Below, piece by piece: positions 48,576 through 62,136 of a stretch of DNA of 64,000 bases; positions within the stretch are counted from its first letter, which is position 1, and the number at the start of each line of letters is the position of its first letter. Position numbers and translations under genes: made by a program. The notes under the pieces were generated by a model, which was not told the DNA's origin, searched no databases, and saw only the letters and a list, made by a program, of their open reading frames with translations. The stretch spans positions 106,888,001 through 106,952,000 of the forward strand of contig NC_042999.1 of the NCBI RefSeq assembly GCF_006345805.1, given 5' to 3'. This DNA comes from Octopus sinensis (taxonomy: Eukaryota).

Positions 48576-50521
48576 AACATAAAAAAAAATTCTATATATT
48601 AATTTATGATTTGTGAGCCGTTTAGTAAGGAATTTTAGCATGTAAATAAGTGCCTTCTTCAGCTGTTTCCAGAACGTTTTTATTATATTTTTGTGGTTAT
48701 AACATTGGATGAGTTCCTTATAAGAAATTTGGAGAGAATTTCTAAATGTACCTGATCTGGTTCTTGACAAAATCTCTCAAACGATTGCAGAAAATATTTT
48801 GAATCTGAAAATATAGTCTAGAGTTGAAAGATCAGCAACAAAGTAGTGAAGTTATAGAGAAAACTTAGGTTGCTCTGATTAGATCCAAGAAAGCTATAAA
48901 CCACTTTGATACCACTAATCCTCAAGTTATGCTTTCAACTTTATCTGAAAACTTTTTTACAAATTTTTGAAATGAAAAATTAAAATGATTTTGCATTTAT
49001 AAATCATTTAAAATCTGTAAGCCAATGGAGAGAACGATCTTTGTAGTAGCTTCTGCTAAATTAAATAACCTCTTATGTGCTGCGGTATCATCACTTGGGA
49101 TAAGATATTATAATTCTGACATCAAAGATTCTGCATCAAATCATTCCTGTTTCACATTACTTACAAATTTTTTCTCTCAAACTTTCTTGAAACAGACATT
49201 TATTTTCTTTGCACTTTGACTCTTCACTGATTAATGAGTGAAATATAATACCCAGTTTCGATTATCTTATTTAAGTAGTACATTATTATTTATTGTTTTC
49301 TTTTAAATATTGTTTTGTATTTTCATAAATATTCCATTTCAAAAGGATATTGTTAGTAGCATTGGCTAATTTTCAAGCTGAAATATATAATTGAGTTATT
49401 GAGTTAACTTTTAGAATTGTAAATATTTTATTTTCCTTTGGCTGTTGTAATATAAAATGTTTATAGAAATAAATGCTCATAGTTCCAAGCCAAATATTCA
49501 GATATTTCTCATTCATATTGAAAAACATGTAAATTTGGCTTTTTCTAACCTCTTTGGATGGAGAATATTTTTTTGTTCCAAAACATTTTTAAAATGCTAT
49601 AAAAATGCTGACTGCATGAGTGTCAAGAACCAATATTTTATAGGATGAAAAATAAATAATGCATTGGTGATTATATGGTATATGTAAACTTATTTTTTCT
49701 CATTAGGAAGAAAGTTTAAAGTTAAAATGGTTTGCATGATAACATTATATGAATTTTTACAGTTCTTTTCTTAATCAGAATGCATTTTAAGTTTTATTAT
49801 ATTTTATTTAGATGTATAGCAGACTTAGAAAAATTACAGGCTTCCCTTCATCTTAGAGCTAAAGCATTTTAAAAAATATTGTTAGCTAAAAGTTCTGACA
49901 ATAATGCAGGGTTGACAACACATCTTCAGGATCACACAGTTTAGGAATTAAGAAACTTTGAATCACAAAAATATATTTAGCTCTCATTAGAAAAACTTTC
50001 AAATTTACAGAAAGTATTTTAAGCAAGCAATGTAGTCCATTTGTGAAATGATCTTACTTAATATGTATAAAGTTGTGTATAAGATCTCGATACTGTGTTT
50101 TGAAGGCAAGTAATGGGTGCATAAAATAGTTTCAGTGAGATATACGAAGACTGACAGAGAAGCAGAGCTTTTAGTATAATAGATGCTTGAGAAGAGTTAA
50201 CACAAATTGGAAATGGATGTAGATGTAAAAAACGTCAAGTAGCTGGGTTAGGTAAAGAGAGGAAATTTATAGTAAGGTATTACTTCTTTTGACAATGAAA
50301 GGCTTATCATATTGAACAAAAAAAGCAGTTTGCATGAATGTATAAGGAATATGATGCTACATGGACTCACTGTCATGGAACATGAATATTGAATGGAAAG
50401 ACCAACAGATGCACAACAGAAATGACGCCAACATAATCTGTTGGATGAGCATATTCTCTCTGGTGTGTGCATAATAAACAGAGAAGCAATTGGGTATTAT
50501 CTGAAGTCTGATATTCCCTTC

Positions 50522-50797
50522 AGTCATGATGCTGACCATGGGATTGCACCTAGAAAGTTACCCTCCCAGGCATAAGTCCAGGCAAAGTTGTTTATGGAAG
50601 ACCAGCAGTCACCCATGCATACCAGCCTCTCCTCTCCATGCCACCAGTGTTATCCAAGGGAAAGGCAAGGGCCGATACAGCTTGGCACCTGTGATGTCGC
50701 AACTCATTTCTACAGCTGAGTGAACTGGAGCAATGTGAAATAAAGTGTCTTGCTCAAGAACACAACACGCAGCCCGGTCCAGGATTCGAAATCACAA
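50522..50797 (-). mobile_element. tRNA-derived SINE (same head as 6128 family, different tail)
   Basis: Minus: TTCGAATCCTGGACCGGGC...TGTGTTCTTGAGCAAGACACTT...CTCCAGTTCACTCAGCTG. Related head at ~57245-57375 (-). Confidence 0.75.
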
Positions 50798-51114
50798 AGT
50801 TGGGTATTAAAGGCACTGGTTAAAGTGTGACAGTAACAACTGCAATGTTATGAATATTTAATATGAAAGATAGTATGTCCACAGAGAAAAATTGGAATGT
50901 TCTTAGTGAAGAAAGACTATAAAAGATGAGGAAAGAAGTATTGTGATTAGAACTAAAAATATTTGGCCTCATAGAAGAGATGGTGAAACATTAATATGCT
51001 GTATGATATATTTGTTAATGCATATCATCCACATCATCATTTTTCTGTTTTGGAATTTTTTATAACTAAGTCAGGAAGAGAAGGGGTAGCATGCATGAAA
51101 TTCCCAAGTTTTCC

Positions 51115-51360
51115 CAAACTTGTGAGTTTGATGTGGTTGATGTTCATTGAGAACGTCTGTAGGACAATGCCTGTGAGAGAAATGTTGGCAGGGAGAGAGG
51201 TAATTTTAATGTGTTCTGTCCTTGAAGGAAAATGAGGTAGAATTTTGCAACTGGAGTCTGGAAGTTGAGACACTGAACAGGTGATGTTAGGAAGAGAGAT
51301 AGGAACTTAGTCTGATAGGTCCAAGTCAAGACAGAACAGCTATTTTATTCAGAAGAGCAG
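51115..51360 (-). mobile_element. L2/Crack-type LINE 3' relic
   Basis: FPSRT...SLPANISLTGIVLQTFSMNINHIKL matches the FPRT..WN.LP....L..FK..IN pattern also seen at 52835-52940. Confidence 0.45.
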
Positions 51361-52679
51361 AGGTCATTGTACTAGTGATAGAAAGAGCAGAGAAAAGAAA
51401 ACACATTGTTCAGCTATTGATTAAAGTATATTGATTAAAGTATAATATCGAATGAATCATTGCCAATAAGTTGAATGACCTTCTATTGGTTACAATTTAA
51501 TACACAGCACCAAATACAAGATGCAAGCAGTTTTGCAATGTTTGTCCAACTTGAACTTTTTAAAGGGTTTTCTATGGATCAGCAGATATTGTTTAGCCCT
51601 AGGTCTACCTTGATTAAGCAGACCTAATTTTGTATATGACAGACCTATTAACCAATGTCTCCTTCATTTTGTAAGTTAGTAGGGTGGAGTGTAAGTAAAT
51701 ATGTCTGCTTTTTTAATCAAGTCAAACATTTATAGAGAATCCCTCTTATTCCCTCATAAGTGACGAAGTATCTCATAATTATAGAGAATTCTAGTTAATG
51801 AAGTTCTATTTCTGATGGAAACAAACATTTTGAGCCCATTTTGTATTTCTCCATAAATTTACCTTTTTCACGTAGTCGTGAAGCAAATTAAAACTGTTAG
51901 TACCATCTTCTATACAGAAAGTAGCAAAATGATTTTCACAATTCATTCAGCTAATATTTGGACATGCGCTACTTGTGATAATTGCTATTAAATACAGTTA
52001 CACAGCAATCCATATACACTTTGTATGTGGAGATCAGGCTTCTAAAATTAAGAGTTTACATTGGAACGGTATTAGTAAACAGGTCACAGATGTATGACAA
52101 AAACATTTGATATCTCATGAAATGAATTTAGAATACATTAATAGTTATATGTTATCAAATAGCTATAATGACTCTTCTATGATGTAACTGCTCCAGTTTT
52201 TTATAATTCTCTCTGAATGGTGTTGTTAATAAAAACTCTGCACTAAAGACTGAAATAAAATATTTTTATTTTAACAATAGAAGGATCAATGATTGCCCAC
52301 AGGTACAATTGACCGACATGACTGAGTTGGCAGCTGCATTCATTGGGTAACATCCTGACAGTCTAATGCAAAAACAAGGATGATGTATATGTACTAAACA
52401 CAGTATAAAATAATCCTACAGTAGTCTAGTACATACCTGTACAGACTGACAAAAACTAACACCACAACTTTCTCAAACATGGTCTTACCTCTCTAAAAGG
52501 AACACATTTCCTGAGGAATTAACAGAATGATCATGGCTTGAATGTCTTTGATAACAAGTCTGGTTGACAGACACTGGTTCAGAACAATAAAACAAAAAAA
52601 CAAAATTAACAACAGTATCTGATTTTTGGTAAATATTCACTCACATATCACAATTAGTTCAGCCCACAAAATACACTGC

Positions 52680-52945
52680 TTTGTTTCAGTGGCTGCTCTT
52701 ACAAGTAGATTCAGTACCTCAGAACATGCAAACTACATTTCATTTCCCCATAACCCCACCCAATACATCCAATGTTCCTCATATCTACTTTGCGTTAACA
52801 CCAAATTCCTCAGCTAAACATATTTCCGAATCATTTTCCTAGAAGTACTACCTTCTGGAATTTAGACCCTGTCCACCTTTCTTTTCCTACTGATATCAGT
52901 CTACAAATGTTCAGTTTAAATATCAACTGCATCAATCTCAGGTCA
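52680..52945 (+). mobile_element. L2/Crack-type LINE 3' relic
   Basis: FPRSTTFWNLDPVHLSFPTDISLQMFSLNINCINL read from ~52837. Confidence 0.5.
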
Positions 52946-53405
52946 TAATGGACTTCTAACGTTATGGGTATCGCTTTTGATTGCATAATTAAAAATCATT
53001 GATAATATTTATCTGATTACAATAGATGCAAATTCCATATCTATAAAAATTAACAACCAAATTTCGTTTATCACATTAACTTTTGCCACTAATGCACTTG
53101 GTTTATTACATTAACTTTTGCCACTAATGCACTTGGATAACAGGATAACCTTTTATTTTACTTCTATAAACATGATAATTTGTACTAATATAAAACAATT
53201 TGTGTATTTCTGAATAATAATTCAAAGATAGCTAATCAAAAGCAACAGAGATGAATTACATTATTTAGTTTCAACTTTTTCAGGTTAGTGTTTTAAATCT
53301 GCAATGGCTGACTTTCTTTATTCATAATTTGCGTTACATTAAGTTCCAGTAATATATTGACATGGAACCAAACAAATATACAGTTTTCCTTGTAACAATT
53401 AGCAA

Positions 53406-53464
<59 letters not shown>

Positions 53465-53510
53465 TATAATATATATATATATATATATACATATATATAA
53501 TATATATATA

Positions 53511-54411
53511 TATGATGGGGTACCCAAACGAAACCAGAATTTTGCAATATTATTTTGTTCACTTAACTTTACATGTTTACACTTTGATTGCCTTCAAAGT
53601 ATTCTCCATTTGAAGCAATGCATTGCTCCAGATGCATGTTTCCACTGTTCACAGCTATGCTGGAACTCTTATGAAGTGATGTCTTTTAACACCTCTGTCG
53701 TTTTTCCTTTCAACTCTTCCACATCTGCAAATTCTATAGCATCAGATTTCATCACCAGTGATGACCTTCAAAGTAAGGCCCAGACTAACTTCTAACTGTT
53801 CTTTCAGTTCATGACATGCATTCAGTCATAACTGCTTTTCGTCTTCCATGAGCAAGTAAGGCACAAATTTTGCAGCAACTCTTTTCATTCGCAATTTCTC
53901 ACTCAAAATTCGTTTGCAGGAGCTCCAGGACACACCAATAGTATCAACAAGTTTGTCAGTTGTTCAGTGACGTTCCTCCAAGACCAGTTCATGAATTTTC
54001 ATGATTGTTCATTCATTCAGGAGGTCAATGTTCATCCTAAACAAGGTTGATCTTCAAGGGACAAGTAACCGTTTCTAAAGCAGAAAAAACCACTCGTAAA
54101 ATTGTATTTTGCTCATGGCAGTGTCCTTGTAAGCTGTTTGAAGCATGACAACTGTTTTGGCTGCTGTTTTACCCAGCAGAAAACAGGATTTCATGGAAGC
54201 ATGCTGTTCATTCTTTTCAGTCATTGCAAAAATCAATAAACAGGGGAGAAGCACTACAAAACAAAGACGTATGACTTAGCAGTACGATCGCATAGGTTGG
54301 CAGACTAATGCCTGAGGCTTGCATCGAGTGGCTTCTAGCAGCAGAATCCTGAACTGCAAAGAGCTTGTCCAACAGAAAATGTTTCCAGTTACTTTCGGGT
54401 ACCTCCTCATA
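53511..54411 (-). mobile_element. Internally deleted mariner transposon between (TA)n tracts
   Basis: TIRs TATGATGGGGTACCCAAACGAAACCAGAA and (reverse complement) TATGAGGAGGTACCCGAAAGTAACTGGAA. Minus strand has mariner-like HTH, VITDE and YFEG remnants. Confidence 0.8.
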
Positions 54412-54447
54412 CATATGTGTATATTTATATCTGTATACATGTACATA

Positions 54448-54522
<75 letters not shown>

Positions 54523-55215
54523 GTATATACATATGTATATGTGGGTGTGCATGTGTGTGTGCATGCATGTATGTGTAATTCTTTTCGCATTTTACTGAAA
54601 TGCATGTTTGTCCTACAACAGTATTATTTTCTGCTTATTATTGTTAATATATTGGTTTGGTGATTGAACGTGCATCTCTATATTAAAATGAATTTCAGAT
54701 ATTAATTTTGTTTAGAATTTATTAACATACCATAGTACTTTCAACAATTGTCTTTATTTTTAATGGTAAATTTAAAAAGTTAGATGAAAATTTAAAAGAA
54801 AGAGAAAGATGAAATAAAAATCAAAAGCTGAAGTAATGGGGCTTCTTCCAGGATACAAAGCTAACTTCAAACCATTGAGTAATTACATTTTCTTGACACT
54901 ATTTGCTGATGTTACAATTAATCAGCCAGACTGCTTTTGATTAAAACTGGACATTGAGTAGTAAAAAAACACAACTTATGCTTTTAAGCATTCAACCAAT
55001 CAGGACATCAGAAAAACAGCTGACATCTTAAGTGAGTCTGACAAATAGAGTGTTAGACTACTGTCAGACAAAGACAAGTAACCAGAACATTTGATAAACA
55101 AATAATGTCCACAGTCAGGGAAATAAACCAAAACAATGGACCAGGTAGACAAGAATAACTGATGTTATTGAATAAATAACCAATCAGGACTTGAATCTGT
55201 CTTAAAACCTACATA

Positions 55216-55744
55216 TACAGGGTGTCCCAAAAGTCATTGATGGGTTTCGGTTTTTAATAACTTCTTTAACTTTACAAATAAATGCATGAGATTTTGATAC
55301 AACATAAAGTACATAATAGAAAGTAATATGCACAAGTCAAATTTTGCAACACTACTACACCACGTATACAAAAATGACATTGCATAAAACCATTTTCGGC
55401 TTTGCACACCCATATTCTTTCCAAAACTTGCACCATAACACCCCCAAGAATTTCAGACTCCACTTCTCTGATTTCTCTATTAATGTTCTCCTTCAGTTGC
55501 ACCAGGGTATCCCTACAGGAAAAAATCTGGGCAAGTCAAGTCTGGGAGTATGGGTGTGCGAAGCCAAAAATGGCTGCCATATAAGGGATGTCATTTTTCA
55601 TGTAGTGATGTTTCAAAATTCGACTTATGCACATTAATTTTCAATATGTTCTCTATATTGTATCAAAATTTCATGCATTTATTTGTAATGTTAAGGAGAT
55701 TATTAAAAATTGAAACCCATCTGTGACTTTTGAGACACCCAGTT
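55216..55744. mobile_element. Tc1/mariner-type MITE with ~210-bp terminal inverted repeats
   Basis: TA-CAGGGTGTCCCAAAAGTCATTGATGGGTTTC pairs with GAAACCCATCTGTGACTTTTGAGACACCC. Complementarity continues inward to GGCTTTGCACACCCATA / TATGGGTGTGCGAAGCC. Confidence 0.85.
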
Positions 55745-56000
55745 ATAAAGCAATACTCCAGTTCCACCTTTGAACAAATAAAACAAGTGACAAACAATTC
55801 TGCCTGATTTTTAAATTGATGTAATGTTTGCATTGTTCAATTAAATGGAGTCGCATGAAACGATTGTACTGCATTACCTCTGGATATCCTTGTTGCTTAT
55901 TTTGATTATAATCACCCCATTTTGAATTATATGGATAATACCATACTAAATTCTGGTGCCTTTAACTTAAGTACCATATTCATCTGAATCTAAATTTTAC

Positions 56001-56051
<51 letters not shown>

Positions 56052-56182
56052 TATATATAATCATATATCCATATATACATGTATACATATGTATATACAT
56101 ATTTATATATGTATATATATATATGTGTGTATATTATATATGCATATATATATGTAGATATAAATGTGTGTGTGTATGTATG

Positions 56183-56217
<35 letters not shown>

Positions 56218-56220
<3 letters not shown>

Positions 56221-56415
56221 CAATCCAAACATAAACAAGCAAGAAAAAACAACATGAGGACATGGAATAAGTACAGTGTTATTGGACGCTCAGGAAAGGA
56301 AAGAAAGGAAAGAGGATTTCACATTTTGAACGGAACTCTTCATCAGAAATATAGAAAATGTCCAAAGAACGGAAGACGGAGAAAGAAAAAGCCAACGATA
56401 CACACAGTCACATAT
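56218..56415 (-). mobile_element. PLE pseudo-LTR-like fragment with decayed hammerhead motif (56316-56350)
   Basis: Minus: AUUU-CUGAUGA-A-GAG-UUCCG-UUC-AAAAUGU-G-AAAU. CAAAATGT is derivable from CGAAACGT by two CpG transitions. Adjacent to (TA)n. Confidence 0.5.
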
Positions 56416-56447
56416 TGAAACTCCTCAACTCTTAGATATATACATTT

Positions 56448-56810
56448 AAGAGTTAAGGAATGGAGTAGATAAAACTGGGCTGCATGCTTCAAAGCAAGTA
56501 GAACCTCAGAAGTGATAATCCAAGTGAGATGTATACAACAGGCTACTCTTCAGGCCAAGGGTGTCTTGATTAAATGAAGCTTACTTTGTTGTTAAGAGAC
56601 CCCTGTTAACACACAGAGGAGTTTTTTTAGAATCCTCCATGTGTTGACATGGGTTCCAAATGATAAAGTAAACTTCATTTAATCAAGATACCCTTTGCCT
56701 CAAGAGTAGCCTATAGTATACACCTCATTCGAATATTTACTACTTCCAAGGTTCTGCTCACTTTGAAATGTATATAGGCTGGATTTCATCTATTCAATTC
56801 CTTAACTCTT
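56448..56810. mobile_element. Foldback palindromic MITE-like element
   Basis: AAGAGTTAAGGAAT / ATTCCTTAACTCTT, AGGCTACTCTT / AAGAGTAGCCT and TCTTGATTAAATGAAG / CTTCATTTAATCAAGA pair symmetrically around ~56627. Confidence 0.8.
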
Positions 56811-57386
56811 GGATTTTTATTCTCATACCTGGCAACCTTAGCTGCCAACAGTGAAATATAAAATAATTTCTTTTGGCTTATCATACGTCAATATGGGAAA
56901 TATTCACAACCTTCCACCCCAATAAACCACTATTGTTCCCGAAAATTGTGTTTTTTTAAATTTTCTATGGATTGCATGAAATCGTTTTCTTCCTACACTT
57001 TGATCCTTAGAAATAATATATATATATACACACACACATATATATATATGTGTGTATGTATATATGTATGTATATATGAATGTATATATGTCATTGTATC
57101 AGCCAGACTATTGGATGTTTTTATACATTGCTGGTCACAATGCCCTTCGTATTATTTTAGCTTTCAAATAATGCCACTCTGCTGGCTAAGTAAACAGGCC
57201 AGCATTGCACCTGATCGGAAGGCTATTCTATCACAGGGTTACTTATTTACAGTTGAGTGAACTGGAGCAATGTGAAATGAAATGTTATGCTTTAGAACAC
57301 AATACACCACCTGGTCTGGGAATCGAACTGATGATCTAGTAATCATAAGTGTGTCATTCTAACCACCAGGCTACATATCTGCACAA

Positions 57387-57423
<37 letters not shown>

Positions 57424-60400
57424 TTCCATAAAGCTGAAGTAGCTAATAGCATAACAAACCAGATGTGAAACCTAATTCAATTGCTAAAACAGAACCATTT
57501 TGCATTAGTTACACAGCTAATGAGCTTTTGAAAAATAATGAATATCACAACTTCTCATTTTTCCATCCTGTTCAATGGATCTGGAACATTACACTTACAT
57601 AAGAAATCAATATTTCTGATAAGCTTTTTAATTGAACTCAGTTTGGTAACACATTTTTTTATGAAATGTGAGAAAGTTGTAGTGATTTCAAACATATGAA
57701 ATATTACTGTTTCTCAAACAACAGATTGAATGAAAGGATACTTTGAGATAGGGATTGAAAAACAGAGAGTGAGTGTGATGTAATTAGAAATAGAAAGTAA
57801 AAGAGAAAGAAAATCAAGATTTGGAATTATGTATGAAGATAAGAGGTAAATAGCTCTGCAAGGAAATTAACTTTATGCATAATTGAAAGTTAATGAAACA
57901 TGAAGTAAAATAATAACAGCTACAAATAAGAAATGCTTTCTGTTCGAATAGAATTTTGGAAATGAGGCAGAATTTATTCTTCCATTCAAATTATCTCTTG
58001 TATTTCAACAACAAGAAATAATGACAAAGGAAAAACAAATTTAATGACACAGCAGAATATTGCACTAAACTTCAAAATATTTACAAAACACTGCATGAAG
58101 TCAACCATATTGTTTAAAGGAAACAAAACTGAATTATTTAATTATATTTTTCAGAAAAATTAAATTCTATTCTTTTAATTAAATAGATTGTTCTGTTTTT
58201 ATGACATTAATTTGGTGTCACTCATTATGTGTGTATCATTTAGAAAGCTTCTAAAAGAGTTATTTTAAACAGCCTTCAGTAAATTAAATTCATAATTTAA
58301 ATTATAACAAATATAAATAAAAATAATTTCACACTATCTACTATCTATTAGGAAACCTTCCGCTTCTGAACATTCATTTTTAAACTCTTTTAAGCAGGCA
58401 GTAATAGACTGTGGCAATTTTTTAATGCATATTTTTAGAAAGTATTGCATGCATAACTTAATGGCTTTCTGTTCAAGGTTTGTCATTAATGTTGTTGCAT
58501 TTGTTTTGTTCTACTAGACATTTACTATAGTAAGATCCTCTTCCTTTATGAAATTTCATTTCTCCTTGTTTCATTCTATAAAAATGAAGAAGAAGGAAAT
58601 GATAATGAACGGATTTCAATAATATTATGTTATATGAAATGATTTAATTCTAATCATGACTCCAATAACATCTGTTAGGTAACAAATTCTTGAATAATCC
58701 AGAAGTAGAAATCACTTTTAGAACTGTAAATCTATTCAGAATGAATATTTATTGTTGTAAGTAAAACCAAGTTGGTGAGCTACTAGAATAATTTGCACAC
58801 CAGACAAAATGCTTAGTAGGATTTCATTTGTCTTTGCATGCTGAATTCAAATTCTGCCAGAGTTGACTTTCAGGGTTGATGAAATAAGTACCAACTAAGC
58901 ACTGGTACTAGCTCCCTCCTCCCACAAAATTTCAAGCCTTGTGTTTATAGTCAAAAGAATTATTATAGGTAAAACCTGAAAAGTAAAAACATGAATGTGA
59001 AAATTGTTTTCAAGTTATTGTATAGCTCTTTTAGCAGCATTATTATTAACAAAACCAATACAATTGTCATTCTCTTTGCTTCCAACTCCTTTCTTAAGAC
59101 AAATTAGATAAGGCCTATATTTATTTGGCAACCCTTTTCTCTTTTATTATTTTCTCAGATGCTAAATTCCCCAATCTTTTCTTCAATGGCATCATAAAAT
59201 TTCCATTTCCAATTGGAAGCTATTTATTATACTCCAATAAGGATTCCTTGAATTACCCAAACCAAGTTTATCAAGTTTTCTCAATCAAAGTGATAACTCA
59301 CAAGAATTATCAAAGAATATTGCATTGTACACAATCTTCAAGGAAGGAAACACTCTTCTGACCTCACCAAGTATTGCCATTTCACTTTCATCCTCAACAT
59401 TTCACTAGCAATAAGAATAAACATCAATGATTATACACACCATCAAATTGCTCTTTCTATCTCCTTATCAGCCATAAATATGGAATTAGAAAAGTGACAT
59501 CAACTACTAGGATTATAAACAGCCTCTCATGAGCCAATAACAGCATGTTCACATGGCCACTCAGTCAGCTGAAAATAGCAGGCAAATCTTATTTAATCAC
59601 TCCTTACCTTCTTAAGAAATAAAGTAGTCATTTGTAACATTAAACAATGCAGTCCTAAACTGAGGAAAACAAAATGTCTGCAGGCACTGATTAATAAGAT
59701 TGATTCACAACCATGCAGTTTTGGATTCAGCTCCATACTGCAAAAATTTGGTTAATAGACTTCTTGCAGAACCTTGGGTTATCTAAAACCTTTTGAGTAA
59801 AATTTGGTACATAGAAATTGTGGAATCCCATCAAAGAAACTACTTCTACTCTGGTATTGTAGACTTAATCCAGTTTATTATCCAGTTCAACACCACCACC
59901 TAAATCCTTTCCTTTCACCAACCTTGGATGCCCTAAAAGGATCATGGATGTTGCCTTTTCTCCTTTCACTAAAATAATAAGAAATTGTGGATATAGTAGT
60001 AACTGCCTTGGAATTAATGGGCAACAGCAAATGTAACTATAGTCTTTCATTTTAGAAAATTTTAGCGGAGTAAAATCTATACTGCTTGGTGTTATCTTCT
60101 TCCTTGAAACTTTATAACCTACAAACCTTCTAACTAAAACCTATCACTGTAGATGATACTTAATTAACTCACCACTTTTTTATCTGGATAGGGCTGGAAG
60201 AAGGAACTCTGCTGCTTTCACAAGCTCTCCAAGACCAAAGAGGCAGGGGCAGTAATTATTCCTAATAAACTGAGTTTACTCACTGAATGTTTTGTATAAG
60301 TTTATGTTAATACTGTTATTTCAACTTCCCACACTAATAAACATTAATATCGTTTAAGAATCAATCAGCACCTGACACTCTTTCTTCCTTTCCCAATCAT

Positions 60401-60621
60401 CATCCATCCAATAGCAACTTTTAAAAGATAGAGGCCATTCAGGACTAATATGTTCATCAGAAGCTCTCATCAACCATTTACATCTTTTATCAAAGAAGAA
60501 CTTTACTACATCCTTCAATGAAATTTGACAAATTCATAATTCTTTGATTTAGCTGCTGGAGTGGCAGTGTGATAAGAGGTTTGCTTCCCTACCACGTGGT
60601 TTTGGGTTCTGTCTCACCCAT

Positions 60622-61345
60622 TGGTCCACTGATAAACGATAACAGCATTCTCCAACATGATGCTAAAGAAATAGCAGAAATACATGCTGCAGAAACAATA
60701 CTGCTCTGTCTTTAGTGATCCTGGAGATGTTGATGCAAGGGAGATAAATAAACTCAATACTCAACATATCTGGGACATAATTTTTACTGCTTCAGGCATC
60801 ATAGCAGCAATAAATAAAATCAGGTACTATTCTGCATTTGGCCCCAATAGATTCCTCATAAGTGTCATGAAGGGATGTAGACACCAATTTGTAATCCTTC
60901 TAACCAACCTCTGGAGAAATTCTTCAGACTCAGGCTATATACTGTCATCCAGGTGTTGAAAAAGGGAAACAGATTTCTCACAATTAACTATCACCCAATC
61001 TCATTCAACTCTCATATCATCAAAGTGCTTGAAAGGGTAGTGAGACAAAGGGTAACTGGCTTCCTGAATAACTACAAACCTTATAAATTCTAACCAGCAT
61101 AGCTTTCACTGTTGCAGGGTCTAGCTAACACAGCTCTTACATCATATATATACTTTCCTAATCTGTTTCAGATGATCTTGCTCAGAGAACCAAGATTTAT
61201 TAAACCTCCAGGATTAGTCCTCACCATTTGATACAGATCCTCTTCAAATGAGGTTTTTACTGCTCTATTATTGAGACCAGTCTTCCTGATTGATATCCAT
61301 CCAAGAAAGAGTTGCATTGCTACCCTTACAAAATTCCTGAAGCAT
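60622..61345 (+). mobile_element. Decayed CR1-clade LINE RT N-terminal fragment
   Basis: LQKQYCSVFS...SAFGPN...LWRNSSDSGYI, then KKGNR...NYHPIS..SHIIKVLERVV...NQHSF...TQLL. Frameshifts and stops. Confidence 0.8.
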
Positions 61346-62053
61346 GCAATGCCAAATATACAGCTCATTAAAGTCCATGTTATCAGTTGAAGCATATATA
61401 CTAACACAACACATGTCCACATTAACTTTTGGTCATTGACTGTGATGATTGGTTGAGTGCAAGGATACCGTTTATTAGCTTGTAAACTCATTGTATTATG
61501 ATATCAGACTATTTGCTTGAAAATACGTTACTTTCCAGTACTTCTAATAAGTGTGTATGTAATGACATTAAACTGACAGTAACCTTAATATGTGGGTATG
61601 TATGTAATGACATCTGGTGGTGAGGCTCCAGTTCTGATGTTGTGCAGAGTATAGAGTCACAGACCCATTCTAACCAGAAACAGTAGTACTTATAAGGGTT
61701 AAATAGATTTCCCAGGGGTAAAAAAGGGTACCATTATTTTTGGCCAAGTCTTAGGACAGGCAACTCCTCTAGAAGAAAGATCCTCGGACATAAAACTTGC
61801 AGTCAAAACAGTACCAGACCTATTAAGACAACTGAGAATGTAACAAAAGTGTTGTACAAGGTTTTGTCATTTGAATCCAGTAAAATACAGATATCTCACT
61901 ATCATTTCATTTCTTGATTTGCTTTGTATTTTATGAAGTCTTATTGTGATGGATGCATAGCATGAAAAGTTATATTTGTGCACATGCAAAGATGAAAGTA
62001 AATCAGAGCTATTAGGTTGAATGTGAGATAGCTATCATCTGACTAAATGAGGC

Positions 62054-62136
62054 AAAAGGGTAAAATTAATTAATCAATAAATAATTAATAATTTTACCAA
62101 GTAGTTCGGTATGTTAAAAGAACCATTATCAGTAAA
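62054..62136 (-). repeat. Fragment homologous to part of the 600-bp HHR element (26183-26260)
   Basis: Minus CTTTTAACATACCGAACTACTTGGT...ATTAATTAATTTTACCCTT vs plus CTTTTACATGCCGAAGACTACTTGGT...ATTAATTAATTTCACCCTT. Confidence 0.55.

Noticed and set aside
55852-55872. CATGAAAC-GATT-GTA, a possible HHR 3' half
   Set aside because: No upstream CUGANGA box or stem I partner found; at best a truncated remnant.
59040-59540. Possible decayed LINE coding relic
   Set aside because: Composition is suggestive, but no ordered motifs could be read with confidence.
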